A DNA stretch of 64,000 bases, from contig OZ025802.1 in the NCBI GenBank assembly GCA_964019425.1, positions 372,001-436,000 on the forward strand. Direction: 5' to 3'. The notes under the pieces were generated by a model that saw nothing but the letters and a program-made list of their open reading frames with translations, did no database searches and was not told the DNA's origin. Both the position numbers and the translations under genes were made by a program. Source of the stretch: Flectonema sp. DT1601 (lineage: Eukaryota). Positions 11,028 to 22,185 of this stretch are shown here, piece by piece; the first letter of the stretch is position 1, and each line of letters starts with the position of its first letter.

Positions 11028-13193
11028 TTTTTTTACTTGTCGTCCTTTAGTAGTTAGGTAATAATATTAATAATAAGACTTCCTGTCTGCTTACATTCTC
11101 CCTGCCAAACAGAGATGTGTGTTGCTGATAACAGACTGTTGGATCCTTTGTTTGTGTAGCAGCCTGGAAGTAATAAAATAATAAACAGTCTGACCTGCAG
11201 TGACAGAGCCTCTTGACCTACATACACACGCACGTTGCCTCCAGACAGCATTTCGAAGTCAAATGCAAAGGTCCGAAGGCTGTAAAATGATATTACTGTC
11301 AACAGTTGGATTCTGTTAATGAATCCCTCGCTTAGAATTGTTGTGAAGCAGAAGTACTGCCGCAGGCTGACATCAGCCGATAGAATAATAACCAACTGGG
11401 GGTGGTTTAAGTAACCGAAAGGAATACAAATTGATGTGCGGATTGAAACTTGACCAGCTTTCCTTGTTATCGTGTTCCGTGTTGAACACTTCGAGTAACA
11501 AGACTTGAATACTCTGAGCTTAAAGCTTGGAGTCGCTTGTTAAAGAAAGGATAACAAACAAATTAGTTTAAAGTCACTTCTTCTTCTTCTTGACATCCTC
11601 CCACGGAAAAGAAGAAAAAGAAAAAAGTAAAATGGAAGAATCGAAAATTTGATGACCAACTGATAAAGAGTTCCCTTAATCTAATAGAAAATAATGGAAA
11701 GGAAGGGCAATACGAATTGATATTTGAAAAGATGGGAGGGGACACTTTGACAGGAGTCCTTCTTCTAGTTTTTCAGTGCAAAAACAACACAAGAAAGAAA
11801 CTCTTACCGCGAGATTCGAACTGGACGAGTAGTCCGCTCGACGACTTCCTACTCGCCGCTAAACTTCATTTGAATACTTCAAAGCGTCTGATGCAAAAAA
11901 AAAAAAAAAAAGAAAACTTTCTTAAATCAGTTTGTCTGTTTGAACTCAACTCGAAAATGAGAACTCACACTACTCCCTTTTGAATTCGTATTGAACAAAA
12001 ATAAGAATATTGGAAATAGCAACAAAAAAGGAATCAGTTACGTCACATTCGTATGTCGTATCCGTAAATAAAGAACGCGCTGTACTTACTTACGGACGTA
12101 AAAGAAAAGAAGAGACAAAACGAATAAATGCACTCTATGAAACAAGTCAACAGAGGCCATGGTCTCTACCAGGCGAGAGATTCCTTGGGAGAACCAGGCA
12201 GCTTCGTCAACGTCAATCACATTCGATATAAAATCATATCTGATCTAATGAAAGGAAGAGACTTGTTCATTCTCTACCTCCACACCTTCGGAATCTCCCA
12301 AAACACTTTTTTTTTTTAGAACTTTTGCCGATGCGACGCTTCAATTGATAATTGAAATTAATTTATTTGTTCATTTCTTTTGGAAACCCCTTTCACAATA
12401 TTTCATTCTGTCCCTTTCCGTTACATCATCGATACCAACAACACTGTTTATGTTTTTGTTACTACAAAAAGAATTCCTCTTTTGTGTTGTCTTCTTACGT
12501 ACTTATTGTACGAAACTAATGATTTCGGGTTACGAAAAACAAACATAAAAAAAAAAGAGTCATTTTGATAAAACAGCTAGGATGGGAAGGCAAGCACGTC
12601 AACATTAGTCGGGTGCTAAAACAAGAATTTCATATACTTTCTGAGTACATTTATAAAAAAGGGAAGAAACCTTATAACTATACGATTTCTTAAAGTTGTC
12701 ACAATGGACGACATGCCGTGGAAAGCGGCTTCTGTCTCATAACTCTCACGACGCATTCATTTAATAAAAAAACCATTCAGATGAGCATCCTTTATACCTC
12801 GTTGATCGCAGACAGTATTACTGGCGCACGGGGGAAAATAAATAACAATTCGAACATAATAAATAAAACGATTCTTTAATCTGAATAGTTTCTTCTCCGA
12901 CTTCGTCGGTGCAAAAAAAAAAAAAACTAAATTAAATTACAGTGTTCATGGTTCTCCGTTTTTTCGAGAGAAATAGTGACCCCGCATACCTTGCGGATGT
13001 ATAAAAAAAAGAACACAAATAAGAAGAAAATAAAAAAACAACACTTTGCTCGGAGTTATAAAATTACTAAAACTTCCCTTTTTTAAAACGGAAGACTAAA
13101 ATGTGAATATCGACCTGTGCGGTACGGTAGGAAATTATTTCGCATATTAACCTTGAGAACCGTACAGTCAGCAGGATGGTTGCTGTTCCTCAA

Positions 13194-13742
13194 CTACATT
13201 TGAAACTTTTGAGCAAAGAAGTTGCTGTAGTGATTGAAGGAGGGACTTTGGATTTGACGCCTCTTAAGTTGATATTCACTTCCGAAATCATCATCTCGGC
13301 CACGTTTTTGCTCAAACAACTGCTGGTGGTTGGGAGTGATGTCTTCATCTGTTATCATTCCTCCTTCGTCATCGTCGCACATCATCGGAGTTTGTCGAGC
13401 TGGTGATCCTTTGAGTACATACAACTTACTGACGTTCACTACTCGACTCTCTTCTTCAAACAGGTCGAGGGTTGTGTACAAGTCTTCTGCTTCAATAGCG
13501 TAGTGATGTCCCATTTGCTTACAAACACCAGACACCATATACGATAAATGCATCTTTAGAGGACACGCTTCAGCAAATCTTGTCAGCTCCTTAAGGGCAT
13601 CGTAGTATTCCAAGCCATAATTGTCAACGAGCCACATGAAATTAATTTGCTTTTTCTCTTCTACAACGACTGCGTATAACTCCTCCATCAGTAAGCTGCT
13701 TCCATCATATATCGATCCTCCACAGCTCGGTCCGAAGAACAT
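13194..13742 (-). CDS. Small protein with POLD3/Cdc27/Pol32-like N-terminal winged-helix domain
   Basis: EELYAVVVEEKKQINFMWLVDNYGL...ALKELTRF...MHLSYMVSG resembles the POLD3 N-terminus (FVTDQNKIVTYKWLS...LHVTYLVSG); C-terminal YSNFF is PIP-box-like. Start uncertain (13835, 13742 or later). Confidence 0.55.
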   Translation of the reverse strand: MFFGPSCGGSIYDGSSLLMEELYAVVVEEKKQINFMWLVDNYGLEYYDALKELTRFAEACPLKMHLSYMVSGVCKQMGHHYAIEAEDLYTTLDLFEEESRVVNVSKLYVLKGSPARQTPMMCDDDEGGMITDEDITPNHQQLFEQKRGRDDDFGSEYQLKRRQIQSPSFNHYSNFFAQKFQM

Positions 13743-13998
13743 TGTCAGCGGGAGGGGAGGAGAGGGGTCAACCGGATTCCTGTTAAAACAGTCGGAAGTA
13801 ATTCCGACGCGGTAAAATGAAAACACAAAATACATCCGTCGGAACTATTCATTTTACTGTTTAGAATCCTCAGCACCCATAAGTTCAGTTCCTGTACATG
13901 TACTCGGAAAAAGTATTATCAGTAGCACTGCAGAAAATAAATATGACATTCTTCCTAAATGTTAACATTCATTCATCCAAAATAACTTTTACTTTTCT

Positions 13999-15489
13999 TC
14001 AAGGAAGTACCCAGGCAACTTCGCTCCTCTTCAAACAATAGACATACGGCCACAGATCACCCATGTTTAATTTAAAAGGCTCTCTAACAGCAATGAAGTA
14101 TCCAGCCATAACTTCTTCCTTTAAAAGAGCGTCCATGAGCTTGCGTGCGACTACGAGGAAGGTGGCGTGGCCTGAGGGGCGGAGGACGCGAGCAATCTCT
14201 GATAGCACAGCTGGGTACAGTTTGGTATTTTTGCAACTGGAACCGCAGCGATTTCCAAAAGGAAAGTCCGACAATACGACGTCTACGGAACAAGGTCTCA
14301 GAGGAAGCTTCATCGCATTCCAATTACAAGTACCAAAACCTCGAGAACTGTTTGATTGTAATGAAGAGTTGCGAGGTTCAGCACAAAGTCTTTTCTTATC
14401 AGACGTAACGTTCAGTGACGGATCCATCAGTCCGAACGCAGATGCAACTTTGTGAAACGAGTCGCAGTTCACAGCTGACACCACGCACTCAGCCATAGTA
14501 AAATCCCCTCCTAAAATAGCACTGCAGTTGCTGTGCATCGCACATGTCTCGAGTAGTGTCGTCGCAGAACCAGACATCGGATCGCACACAACATCTCCAT
14601 CTTTGATATCTGACAAAGCGACTAGTGCGTGAGCTATGGAGATACTCATACTGTTTTCACTCATACAGATACGGGAATCATTCTTGTTTCTGCTGGGTTT
14701 TAAATCTGTTGCCTTGCCACTGATCTTCCCTGACTCGTCTCCATCTAAAATAGCTCTCCTCATCCCATCCAACTGGGAAGAGAGTTGTTGCTGTTTATCG
14801 AATCGCTCCCAAGAGTTCTCATAGACTTTGTTGTACTGCTGAGAATTTCTGTCGTCCCTGCTCTTGTGTTGGAAGTCGTGACCGAGACGGAGAGGGTTCG
14901 GTTTGTGTGTACAAATTCCGATTATAATCTTCTCCGAAGAATGAACAATTAAAACCTGAAGGTTGTGAAGAACCATCGAAGCTTTTGCTTCGAACTTCTC
15001 GGTGAAGACCTGTCCGATGCACCGCTCCACGTCAGGGGATTTGTATTTTGGTTTCTGAGAGCGCATTCCCCGACCAAGCCGCCTGCCAGTACACCGAAAC
15101 AGAGCGGCTGTTTTAATATCAGCTGACGGATCGATTTCATTAGACAACTTCCATGTTCGTATCGAGTCATTCCAAGACTGGTCAGCTGTTGTAGTTGAAG
15201 CCTCTTCTGCCATTTTAGTTAATTCTTCGACATCATACGACGGGTAAGTATCACCTGAACACATTACGAGAGAGCAAACATGTTCGTTACTTCTCAACTT
15301 CTGAATCCTTTCTAAGTTCTGTCGAAGCCTCTCAGGAGATGTTTCCTTCAACGAGAACAATACAATCCCCGGAGGTGATCCTTCGTCAAATCCGAGAAAT
15401 AGGTCAGCGTCGACAGTCGACTCGATTTCTCTCCGCAACACAAATTCAATTCCTTCCGGGGTGGTGCAGAACAGCCGTGTGGGAGCCAT
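13999..15489 (-). CDS. THUMP-domain RNA m2G methyltransferase (THUMPD2/3, Trm14-like)
   Basis: THUMP region FRCTGRRLG...YKSPDVERCIG; SAM motif I VCDPMSGSATTLLE; motif IV SDFPFG; EIARVLRPSG. Confidence 0.85.
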   Translation of the reverse strand: MAPTRLFCTTPEGIEFVLRREIESTVDADLFLGFDEGSPPGIVLFSLKETSPERLRQNLERIQKLRSNEHVCSLVMCSGDTYPSYDVEELTKMAEEASTTTADQSWNDSIRTWKLSNEIDPSADIKTAALFRCTGRRLGRGMRSQKPKYKSPDVERCIGQVFTEKFEAKASMVLHNLQVLIVHSSEKIIIGICTHKPNPLRLGHDFQHKSRDDRNSQQYNKVYENSWERFDKQQQLSSQLDGMRRAILDGDESGKISGKATDLKPSRNKNDSRICMSENSMSISIAHALVALSDIKDGDVVCDPMSGSATTLLETCAMHSNCSAILGGDFTMAECVVSAVNCDSFHKVASAFGLMDPSLNVTSDKKRLCAEPRNSSLQSNSSRGFGTCNWNAMKLPLRPCSVDVVLSDFPFGNRCGSSCKNTKLYPAVLSEIARVLRPSGHATFLVVARKLMDALLKEEVMAGYFIAVREPFKLNMGDLWPYVYCLKRSEVAWVLP

Positions 15490-16349
15490 CTTTAAAATAA
15501 ACACTTCTGAAAGGAAAGAATAATAACATCACAACTTAGAATTAATCATCGTATTCAAATCCATTTTGATACGAACAGATGCTGTGAATGGGAATAGAAA
15601 TAAATTTCAACAGACCCTCCTCCTCACTTAGAATCGGATCATTAACATGGTAGCACAAAACCGCTTCAGAGAAGCGCCCGGGTTTTCATATATTCCTGAA
15701 GGGGCTGGCGCCACTTACATGGCACAGCAATACTTTGATGTCAGAAGAACACTTCCTCTTTGAAGACAGCGTTCGGTAGAGACACGGGGGGGGGGGTCGT
15801 CTGGGAAGAACTTCCTTTGCAATTCGCCAACTGCAATAAAAGGACGGGGACAATACAAGAAAGAAAGAGAAAGGAAAGGAGGAGAATTTCCTTCCACGTC
15901 ACGAATGAAGGGACTGTCTTTGTGCGTAACAAAACTTCCCTTATATCATTCAGCAACATGATAGAAACAAAATACAAAAAAAAAAAAATACACTTTGCGT
16001 GTTAACTGAGAAAAAGTTACGAAAAGGGGTTGCGTGCCACTAGTGTTCCTTTAGCGGCAATCCTTACAGACGAAAGAACAAAATAAAAAAAAGGAAACGC
16101 CCAGATTCAATTAATCTATCATCCTCCGATGAAAGTAAAAGGGGGGGAAAGGTTTGGGTGATTTCTTCTGCATGGCTTCGTTGATGGTGCGTAAGCCATA
16201 AAACAAAATTAAAAAAAAGAGATAATAAAATCAAAGTAAAAGACCACCTACTGTACTACGAGACGAATCTCTTTACTTGTTGGCAGTCTTTTCTATCTAA
16301 ACAATAAAAGGATTCTTCAACAAGAAGAAGAAGAAGAAGAGACAGCTCT

Positions 16350-17257
16350 TTAGTCATCGAACATGAGTTCCCCAGTTGCCTGTTTTTGTTATTTAGTAAC
16401 TTCGTCACAAATGTCTCTCACTGTTTGTTTTTAAATTGTCAAATAACATACTGCTGTGAGAAACGCTCCCAACTTCTTCTCGGCTGCGCCTGACTTTTCT
16501 CCAAAAAATGCGATTCTTACTTCGTCTATTTGAAGTTCGCCATCACCATTACTGTCACAGGCCTGGTGCCAAAGGTTTACTAATTCGTCTTCCTTTGATC
16601 TGTACTCTTTTAGGACTGCTTCAAGTTTTGTTTGGGCTTCCTGACCGCTGATCCCGAGTCTTGACATCTGTTTGTTTTATTAAAAAATAAATTGGTTTTA
16701 ATTTAAACCATAAAGAAAATAGTAACATAAACAGGTAATAATGTTTTATTGCGTGTGCACGAAATCAACTTAAACTGATAAAGCTAAAGGAGGTTTATGT
16801 GTGCTGTCCAACATTATTTTTTGCTCTTCAATAGTTGTGTCAAATGCAAAAAAAAAGAAGGGAGGGGAAATCATACGCCAGTCTCGTAGATGAATTTGAT
16901 GAGCGCCTCGTTACATTGGAAGTAGTCGGCAATAAAACTCTTCGACTCACTGATGGAGAGCTTTTTGTCTTTTTCTTCATCATCGTAAACATTGAACGCC
17001 GCAGTCAAAAATGGATTTGCTGAACTCTTCGTCTTAACACGAATGGCAGTAAGTAATTCAGTTGGGTCAATAATGTATTTAGTCACATCATCATTAATTG
17101 CATTCTGAAGGATTTCTTCTGCTTTCTTAATACCAACTTGAACTAATGCCTTCATAGCTGCTTTCTTGCTTTCAGGTGTGGCCTTTGGTACTGCCTTCTT
17201 TGGAACCTTCTTTGCTGCCTCTACAGGCTTCTTTTCGCTACTGTTGCTGCAACCCAT
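16350..17257 (-). CDS. N-acylated EF-hand calcium-binding protein; 3 exons (17257-16877, 16667-16452, 16379-16350)
   Basis: MGCSNS myristoylation/palmitoylation-type start; EF loops DDEEKDKKLSISE and DSNGDGELQIDE. Phase-0 GTATGA...AAACAG and GTATGT...AAACAG introns join the two listed ORFs and a short terminal exon (ATGELMFDD*). Confidence 0.75.
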
Positions 17258-17598
17258 CTTGTAAGGTAACGATGGCTGGGAAGGTTTTTATTAATAACTG
17301 AAAAGGGAATACCGTCACGAGATAACTTGAGGAAGAACAATAATCACCTGTATAAGAAGTAAAGATATCACTCACAGTACTTAACTTATTAAATACTAAC
17401 GGAGTACAGTACTACTGATCAACACATTCTGAAGTTCGATAATTCTGAAGAATCACCGAATTCGTTGTCGAAGGATATGAAGAATTACAATAACAGGATA
17501 AAGTACAAAAAATAATTAATTTACTTCTCGCCCTTCATCAAGATTCTCTTTTCTCAACAAAGGGATTTCTTCAAACCATCAAAAGCTCGAATACCTGA

Positions 17599-18669
17599 TC
17601 AGTAGCGTGGTGTCGCCTGGATCTGATGCAAATCGGCCTCAGCAGCAGCCTGCGCTGCGATCATTCGAGCGCGCTGCACAGCAGCCTGCTCAGCTGCAGT
17701 TAACATTAAAGACTGCTGTGGGAGATGAGATGACGGAAGTGGCGGCACATAACACGACTGCGGAAGAATGGCAGGCGCAGACACCAAATGAGGAACTGGG
17801 AACCGACGTTTGGCGTTCATTGAAAACTGAGATTCTGTGAACTGAGTTTGATGCCTCAGAGCAACGAGAGATGATTCTTGAGCAGCAGTCGCAGCAGCTT
17901 CCTTCTCTGCTTGAAGATGGGCGAGCGTCGTCTCGACATCTGTCGCCAGAGTGTTTAAGACGTTCGATTCTATAATTGAATTATGTACGGCATCATCTGC
18001 TAGTCGCTTTCTAGTCTCAGCTGCAGCGAGCTCTCCCTTCGCACGGCGTTCAGCTTCACAGTAGGTGTCTAGAGCTATTCTCTTTTTATGAAGTTCCTGT
18101 TCTAACATTTCGATGTCGACCATCGCAAGTCTGACAGCTTCCTGTGATTCTTGATGACGTTTGTCTGCTACTCTGACTTCGAATGAAATAGTAGCGGCAG
18201 TCTCTTGCTGTGCTCGAGATATATTCTCATTGTTACCGAGATTAATACGACACGCTTCGTAGTCTGTTAGCCGCTGTTCAATTTCTTGTTCCTTCAGAAC
18301 GACATTCTCGACCGCGTCGCGTTCGCGTTGGCGGGCGATTTGAACAGCGCCCTCACTTGCGGTCATCGATTGTTTTATTTCCTCGTCTTCCATCATTCGG
18401 AGAGTACGCTGTCCATCAGAGTCATATGGTGTGAGAAATGCAAATACCTGACATCCATGGAACAGTTGTACTTCTGAGTCGAGGTGTCGCCAGCCGTCAT
18501 CAAACAGCTTCAGCTGCTCCACATACATCGTTCTGTTCGCGGGGTCGATACGACAAAATACTTCTGCTACTTCCTTTTCGAGTTCTTTTAGAGTTGGGAA
18601 GTCTTGAAACTTCAATTCAAAGTTGTGTTTCACTCCAACAACCTCCGCAGCTGCATTTACAACAAACAT
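17599..18669 (-). CDS. BILBO1 N-terminal-domain protein with coiled coil
   Basis: MFVVNAAAEVVGVKHNFELKF...PTLKEL...W..L....QL..GCQVFAF matches the trypanosome BILBO1 ubiquitin-like N-terminal domain pattern; no EF-hands seen, so a family member rather than a clear orthologue. Confidence 0.8.
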   Translation of the reverse strand: MFVVNAAAEVVGVKHNFELKFQDFPTLKELEKEVAEVFCRIDPANRTMYVEQLKLFDDGWRHLDSEVQLFHGCQVFAFLTPYDSDGQRTLRMMEDEEIKQSMTASEGAVQIARQRERDAVENVVLKEQEIEQRLTDYEACRINLGNNENISRAQQETAATISFEVRVADKRHQESQEAVRLAMVDIEMLEQELHKKRIALDTYCEAERRAKGELAAAETRKRLADDAVHNSIIESNVLNTLATDVETTLAHLQAEKEAAATAAQESSLVALRHQTQFTESQFSMNAKRRFPVPHLVSAPAILPQSCYVPPLPSSHLPQQSLMLTAAEQAAVQRARMIAAQAAAEADLHQIQATPRY

Positions 18670-19504
18670 GTGACCAGCCTCACCCCCAACTTCTGCTTTG
18701 AGAAGTAATATAAAAATAAGTTAGACTCAGTGAACTAAATATCAACTTTTGATAATGACATCTGTTAAAGGAAGTAGTGGCAGGATTCTCATCATTTCCT
18801 GATCGTTTGTTGTGTCAACAACAGAATTAAAAAAGTGACAATAATCTGATCACATTCTACTACCTTAAAAACAAACAACAGCACATATTTCAAACAGACA
18901 CCCGGGAGATTGCAGTGAGGAAGATTCTTTTCATTCAAAGTTTTCGTTCATAAACTGAGCGACGACTACACATCAACATTCACTTCTTAAAAGACACATA
19001 AATCTGTGAAGGGATCCACAGCAGTTAAGTTAACAAAAGTAGCTGATTTTTGGTTCAAACAAAAAGACAAAAAAAAAAAAAAAAAGGGCAACATCAACAC
19101 ACGCTTACTCACTGCGACCTGACTGAGCAGCTTGTATTCCTCACAAATTATTAACCAGATGCTCTTTGTTGGTTTTAATAAAGAGAGAAGGAGAAAAGGT
19201 AAAGGATAAGTGAAAAACGCAATACGTTCATTTACGATAACAACATAAAAAAAAAAAAGAAGGAATTTCCATATTGTTTGCGGTCAAGTGAATAATTCAT
19301 CAGATGCAGAAAATAAACGGTCGTTACCACACACTCTGTGGACTTATAAAAACTCATTCGAATTACAAAGAGAGTAAAAAAGAGAATAAACAACATCATT
19401 GCCGACAGTTATCAAATGTAACCCAAAAAAAAAAAAAGATAATAAAAGTACGTCGACACTAAACATCATCAGGTTTGTGTTTCTTAAAATAGATTAGTTT
19501 TTAC

Positions 19505-20761
19505 TTACAAAAGGGAAGACTTAAATCTGTTATCTGGTTTCCAACACTTCTTCTCCTTCGCCCAAATAGCTCCATTGTCAATAGTTAACTTCTCCCAGGC
19601 ATGAGAAAACTGATGCTCTAAACTCTGAATATCTGTTGCGAACTCCTGGACAATCTTTTTAAACTCTGGATCATAAGTAAGAGCAACATCTGTTGTCATC
19701 ATCATCAGGTGTGGCATCTGACGGATATGCCATTGGAACTTATCACCAGGTCCCTTGTAGTAAGTGTACTTATCACCAAATGTTGCTAATAAAGTGAAGT
19801 ATTGATTATCCCAAGAGAATGGATCAGTTGTCCAATATCCATCAATACCACTTGTGTAAGTATCAGCTCCCTTTCCAGTTCCACAAAGACCTGGCCATGG
19901 GTTGTAAGGCGCATCTTTTGGTGGGAGTCCTGCTCCCTTTGGACAAGCACCGTGAGTACGTCCGAATGCGTGCCCACCTCCAATGAGAGCGACTGTCTCG
20001 GTGTCGTTCATGTTCATCCTTGAGAAGACGTCACGGATTTGAACGGCACTCTTTTCTGGGTCAGGGATGCCCATGAACCCTTCAGGGTTAACATAGATTA
20101 AACCAACAGTTGATGTTCCAAGAGGACGTTTGCAGTCTCCCTGAAATGGGCACGCTGGCTGTTCAGGACCAGGTCCAAGAGGAGCACTAGCCTTACCATC
20201 ACTATCATCAACACGTCCAACACATACTTCCGTTACTGGACCTCCCATGTGAAGGATAGAACTGGTGCCAGCCAATATAATTAGATCTCCCCAACTAAGA
20301 GCGTCACCGTATTTCTGTTTGATAGGCCACAACAATGCACGTGCTTTGTCCAAGTTCGTGTTGTCTTCCCAGCTGTTCTCAGGTTGGAAACGTTGACGAC
20401 CACCTCCACATCCACCTCTTCCATCAGTGTCACGGTATGTTCCAGAACAGTGCCATGCAAGACGAATAAATAGTCCTCCGTATGAAGTTCCAACTTTAGA
20501 CGTCGGGATAGTATCAGCAGGCCAACATGGTTGAGAACTGGTTAGTAAATTAACAACGTCAGTGATGACTGATTGGATGTTCAGAGTCTTCAGCTTTAAA
20601 TTATATTCATCGAGAGTCGGGATTGGCGCAAAATCATAAACAGGAGTCCCGTAATGCGCACCAGGACACTGAACTCTTTTTGTCTCATTCTGTTTGTTCA
20701 TGGAAGGGAATCCCATAGCCAGCGGGTAGGCTGTGGCCGCGAGTAACAACTTCGCGATCAT
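19505..20761 (-). CDS. katG: Secreted catalase-peroxidase (KatG-type), single heme domain only
   Basis: YGGLFIRLAWHCSGTYR (distal R/W/H), GLIYVNPEG (adduct Tyr), FSRMNMNDTETVALIGGGHAFG (adduct Met, proximal His); signal-peptide-like MIAKLLLAATAYPLAMG; ends after ~418 aa. Confidence 0.9.
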   Translation of the reverse strand: MIAKLLLAATAYPLAMGFPSMNKQNETKRVQCPGAHYGTPVYDFAPIPTLDEYNLKLKTLNIQSVITDVVNLLTSSQPCWPADTIPTSKVGTSYGGLFIRLAWHCSGTYRDTDGRGGCGGGRQRFQPENSWEDNTNLDKARALLWPIKQKYGDALSWGDLIILAGTSSILHMGGPVTEVCVGRVDDSDGKASAPLGPGPEQPACPFQGDCKRPLGTSTVGLIYVNPEGFMGIPDPEKSAVQIRDVFSRMNMNDTETVALIGGGHAFGRTHGACPKGAGLPPKDAPYNPWPGLCGTGKGADTYTSGIDGYWTTDPFSWDNQYFTLLATFGDKYTYYKGPGDKFQWHIRQMPHLMMMTTDVALTYDPEFKKIVQEFATDIQSLEHQFSHAWEKLTIDNGAIWAKEKKCWKPDNRFKSSLL

Positions 20762-21474
20762 TTTATTTCCTTGAGTTTGTCTGAAGGATGAAAGGATTAT
20801 TATTACAAAACAAAGAAGGAACACACCACATTCCAAGTCATCACAAGTAATTCGTTGAGGCTTCGCGAGAGATATTTTGTTTACATTTCATTGCTGTAAA
20901 AGAACTTTCAGGGTTTCCAATTCTTCGTCATCTTTTGGTGTAGTTGAAAAGAAGTAGTTTACCGATTATGAGCAACAGTTCTAATTCGTCCTTTAAATAG
21001 CAGACCATTATCTAGACTACGAGTGAATCGATGAACTTAACGCTCCGGTAGATAAGAAGAGAAAAGGCTGAACTGACTGAAGTAGAGTTTTGTACCTTTT
21101 CCCTATTCGAGGGGTACACTTCACACAAATAACAACATTAAAAAAAAACACGAATTACCCAACAAGACTTCGAACAATCATCGAGGACACAAGATTAAAA
21201 GAGAGTTGTCATTTAGTTGTGAACCAGGTGATTAATAAGTCCGAAAAGTAAATAAAACCACGAAATACATTAGACATATTCCACACAAAGTTATCACACT
21301 TTCATGTGACTCATGAGGTAAACTCAATCTGTAGAACAGAGAAGACAACACATAATTGGGACTTTGAAAAACAATAAGTAAAACAGAGGAGGGGGAATGA
21401 AGAAATGAGGGGGAATGAAGAAATGAATCCTTTCACTGAAAGACAATTGAATACGTCAACAACTGTTAACACAT

Positions 21475-22185
21475 TTAGGCCTCAGCTGCTCCAATGAAGA
21501 CATCTCCATCGTAGTCCCATTTGAAAGAGAGTTCGTAGGTCAGAATCATAATTGTCATCACCCACTCGGCAACAGGAAGGTTTTTACCAAAGACTGCATT
21601 GCAAGCGATGAATGAGATGATAGCAAACCAACCAATCGTAGCGGAGACGATCTTCAGAAGACGAGAGTTTTTGTGTACTTGAGGAAGGCTCAAGACACGA
21701 CAAAGTGATATCGTCATAAATGAATAGTAACTCAAAAAGAATGTGACGGCACCAGTTGTGTGAATGGCGTTGTTCTCTTTTTCATTAACCGCTCCTACTG
21801 TGGCCAGTCCACAGCAGCCGATTGTAATTAGAAATGCCGTCACGTGATCAGCACCCTGTCGACCACCATTCTTAGTCAGCCCAGTCCAGAAGAAGTAAAC
21901 AGCTGCATTAATCCACATTGCCACAGCGAGTATGATAATTCCAAATCTTGAGACGTAACTTGCTGGAGCGTGTACAAAGCAGTCAGATATCATTGGCCAG
22001 TCTTTAATAGGTCCTAATGGACCAGGGACGAATCCCTCCTTCCAACTGATAGCATAGCACGTCAGAATTATTCCAAGTCCCCACGAACAACTAATCACAG
22101 CGAATAACCCTCCATTGAACTTCTCATCTCTGAGTGTTGAAGTCTTCGTAGTAGGAAGTTGATTATACGGATTAGAGGCTCCCAT
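21475..22185 (-). CDS. Frag1/DRAM/Sfk1 (TMEM150-like) 6-TM membrane protein
   Basis: Motifs WPMISD...P.S, IHTTGAVTFF, VAEW; six hydrophobic segments. Confidence 0.8.
   Translation of the reverse strand: MGASNPYNQLPTTKTSTLRDEKFNGGLFAVISCSWGLGIILTCYAISWKEGFVPGPLGPIKDWPMISDCFVHAPASYVSRFGIIILAVAMWINAAVYFFWTGLTKNGGRQGADHVTAFLITIGCCGLATVGAVNEKENNAIHTTGAVTFFLSYYSFMTISLCRVLSLPQVHKNSRLLKIVSATIGWFAIISFIACNAVFGKNLPVAEWVMTIMILTYELSFKWDYDGDVFIGAAEA

Noticed and set aside
11054..13150. Short ORFs and possible snoRNAs in AT-rich intergenic DNA
   Set aside because: ORFs are homopolymer-derived, and no convincing C/D box pair with a terminal stem was found.
21388..21427. 18-bp tandem duplication (GAGGGGGAATGAAGAAAT)
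   Set aside because: Simple local slippage in a 3'UTR with no further structure.
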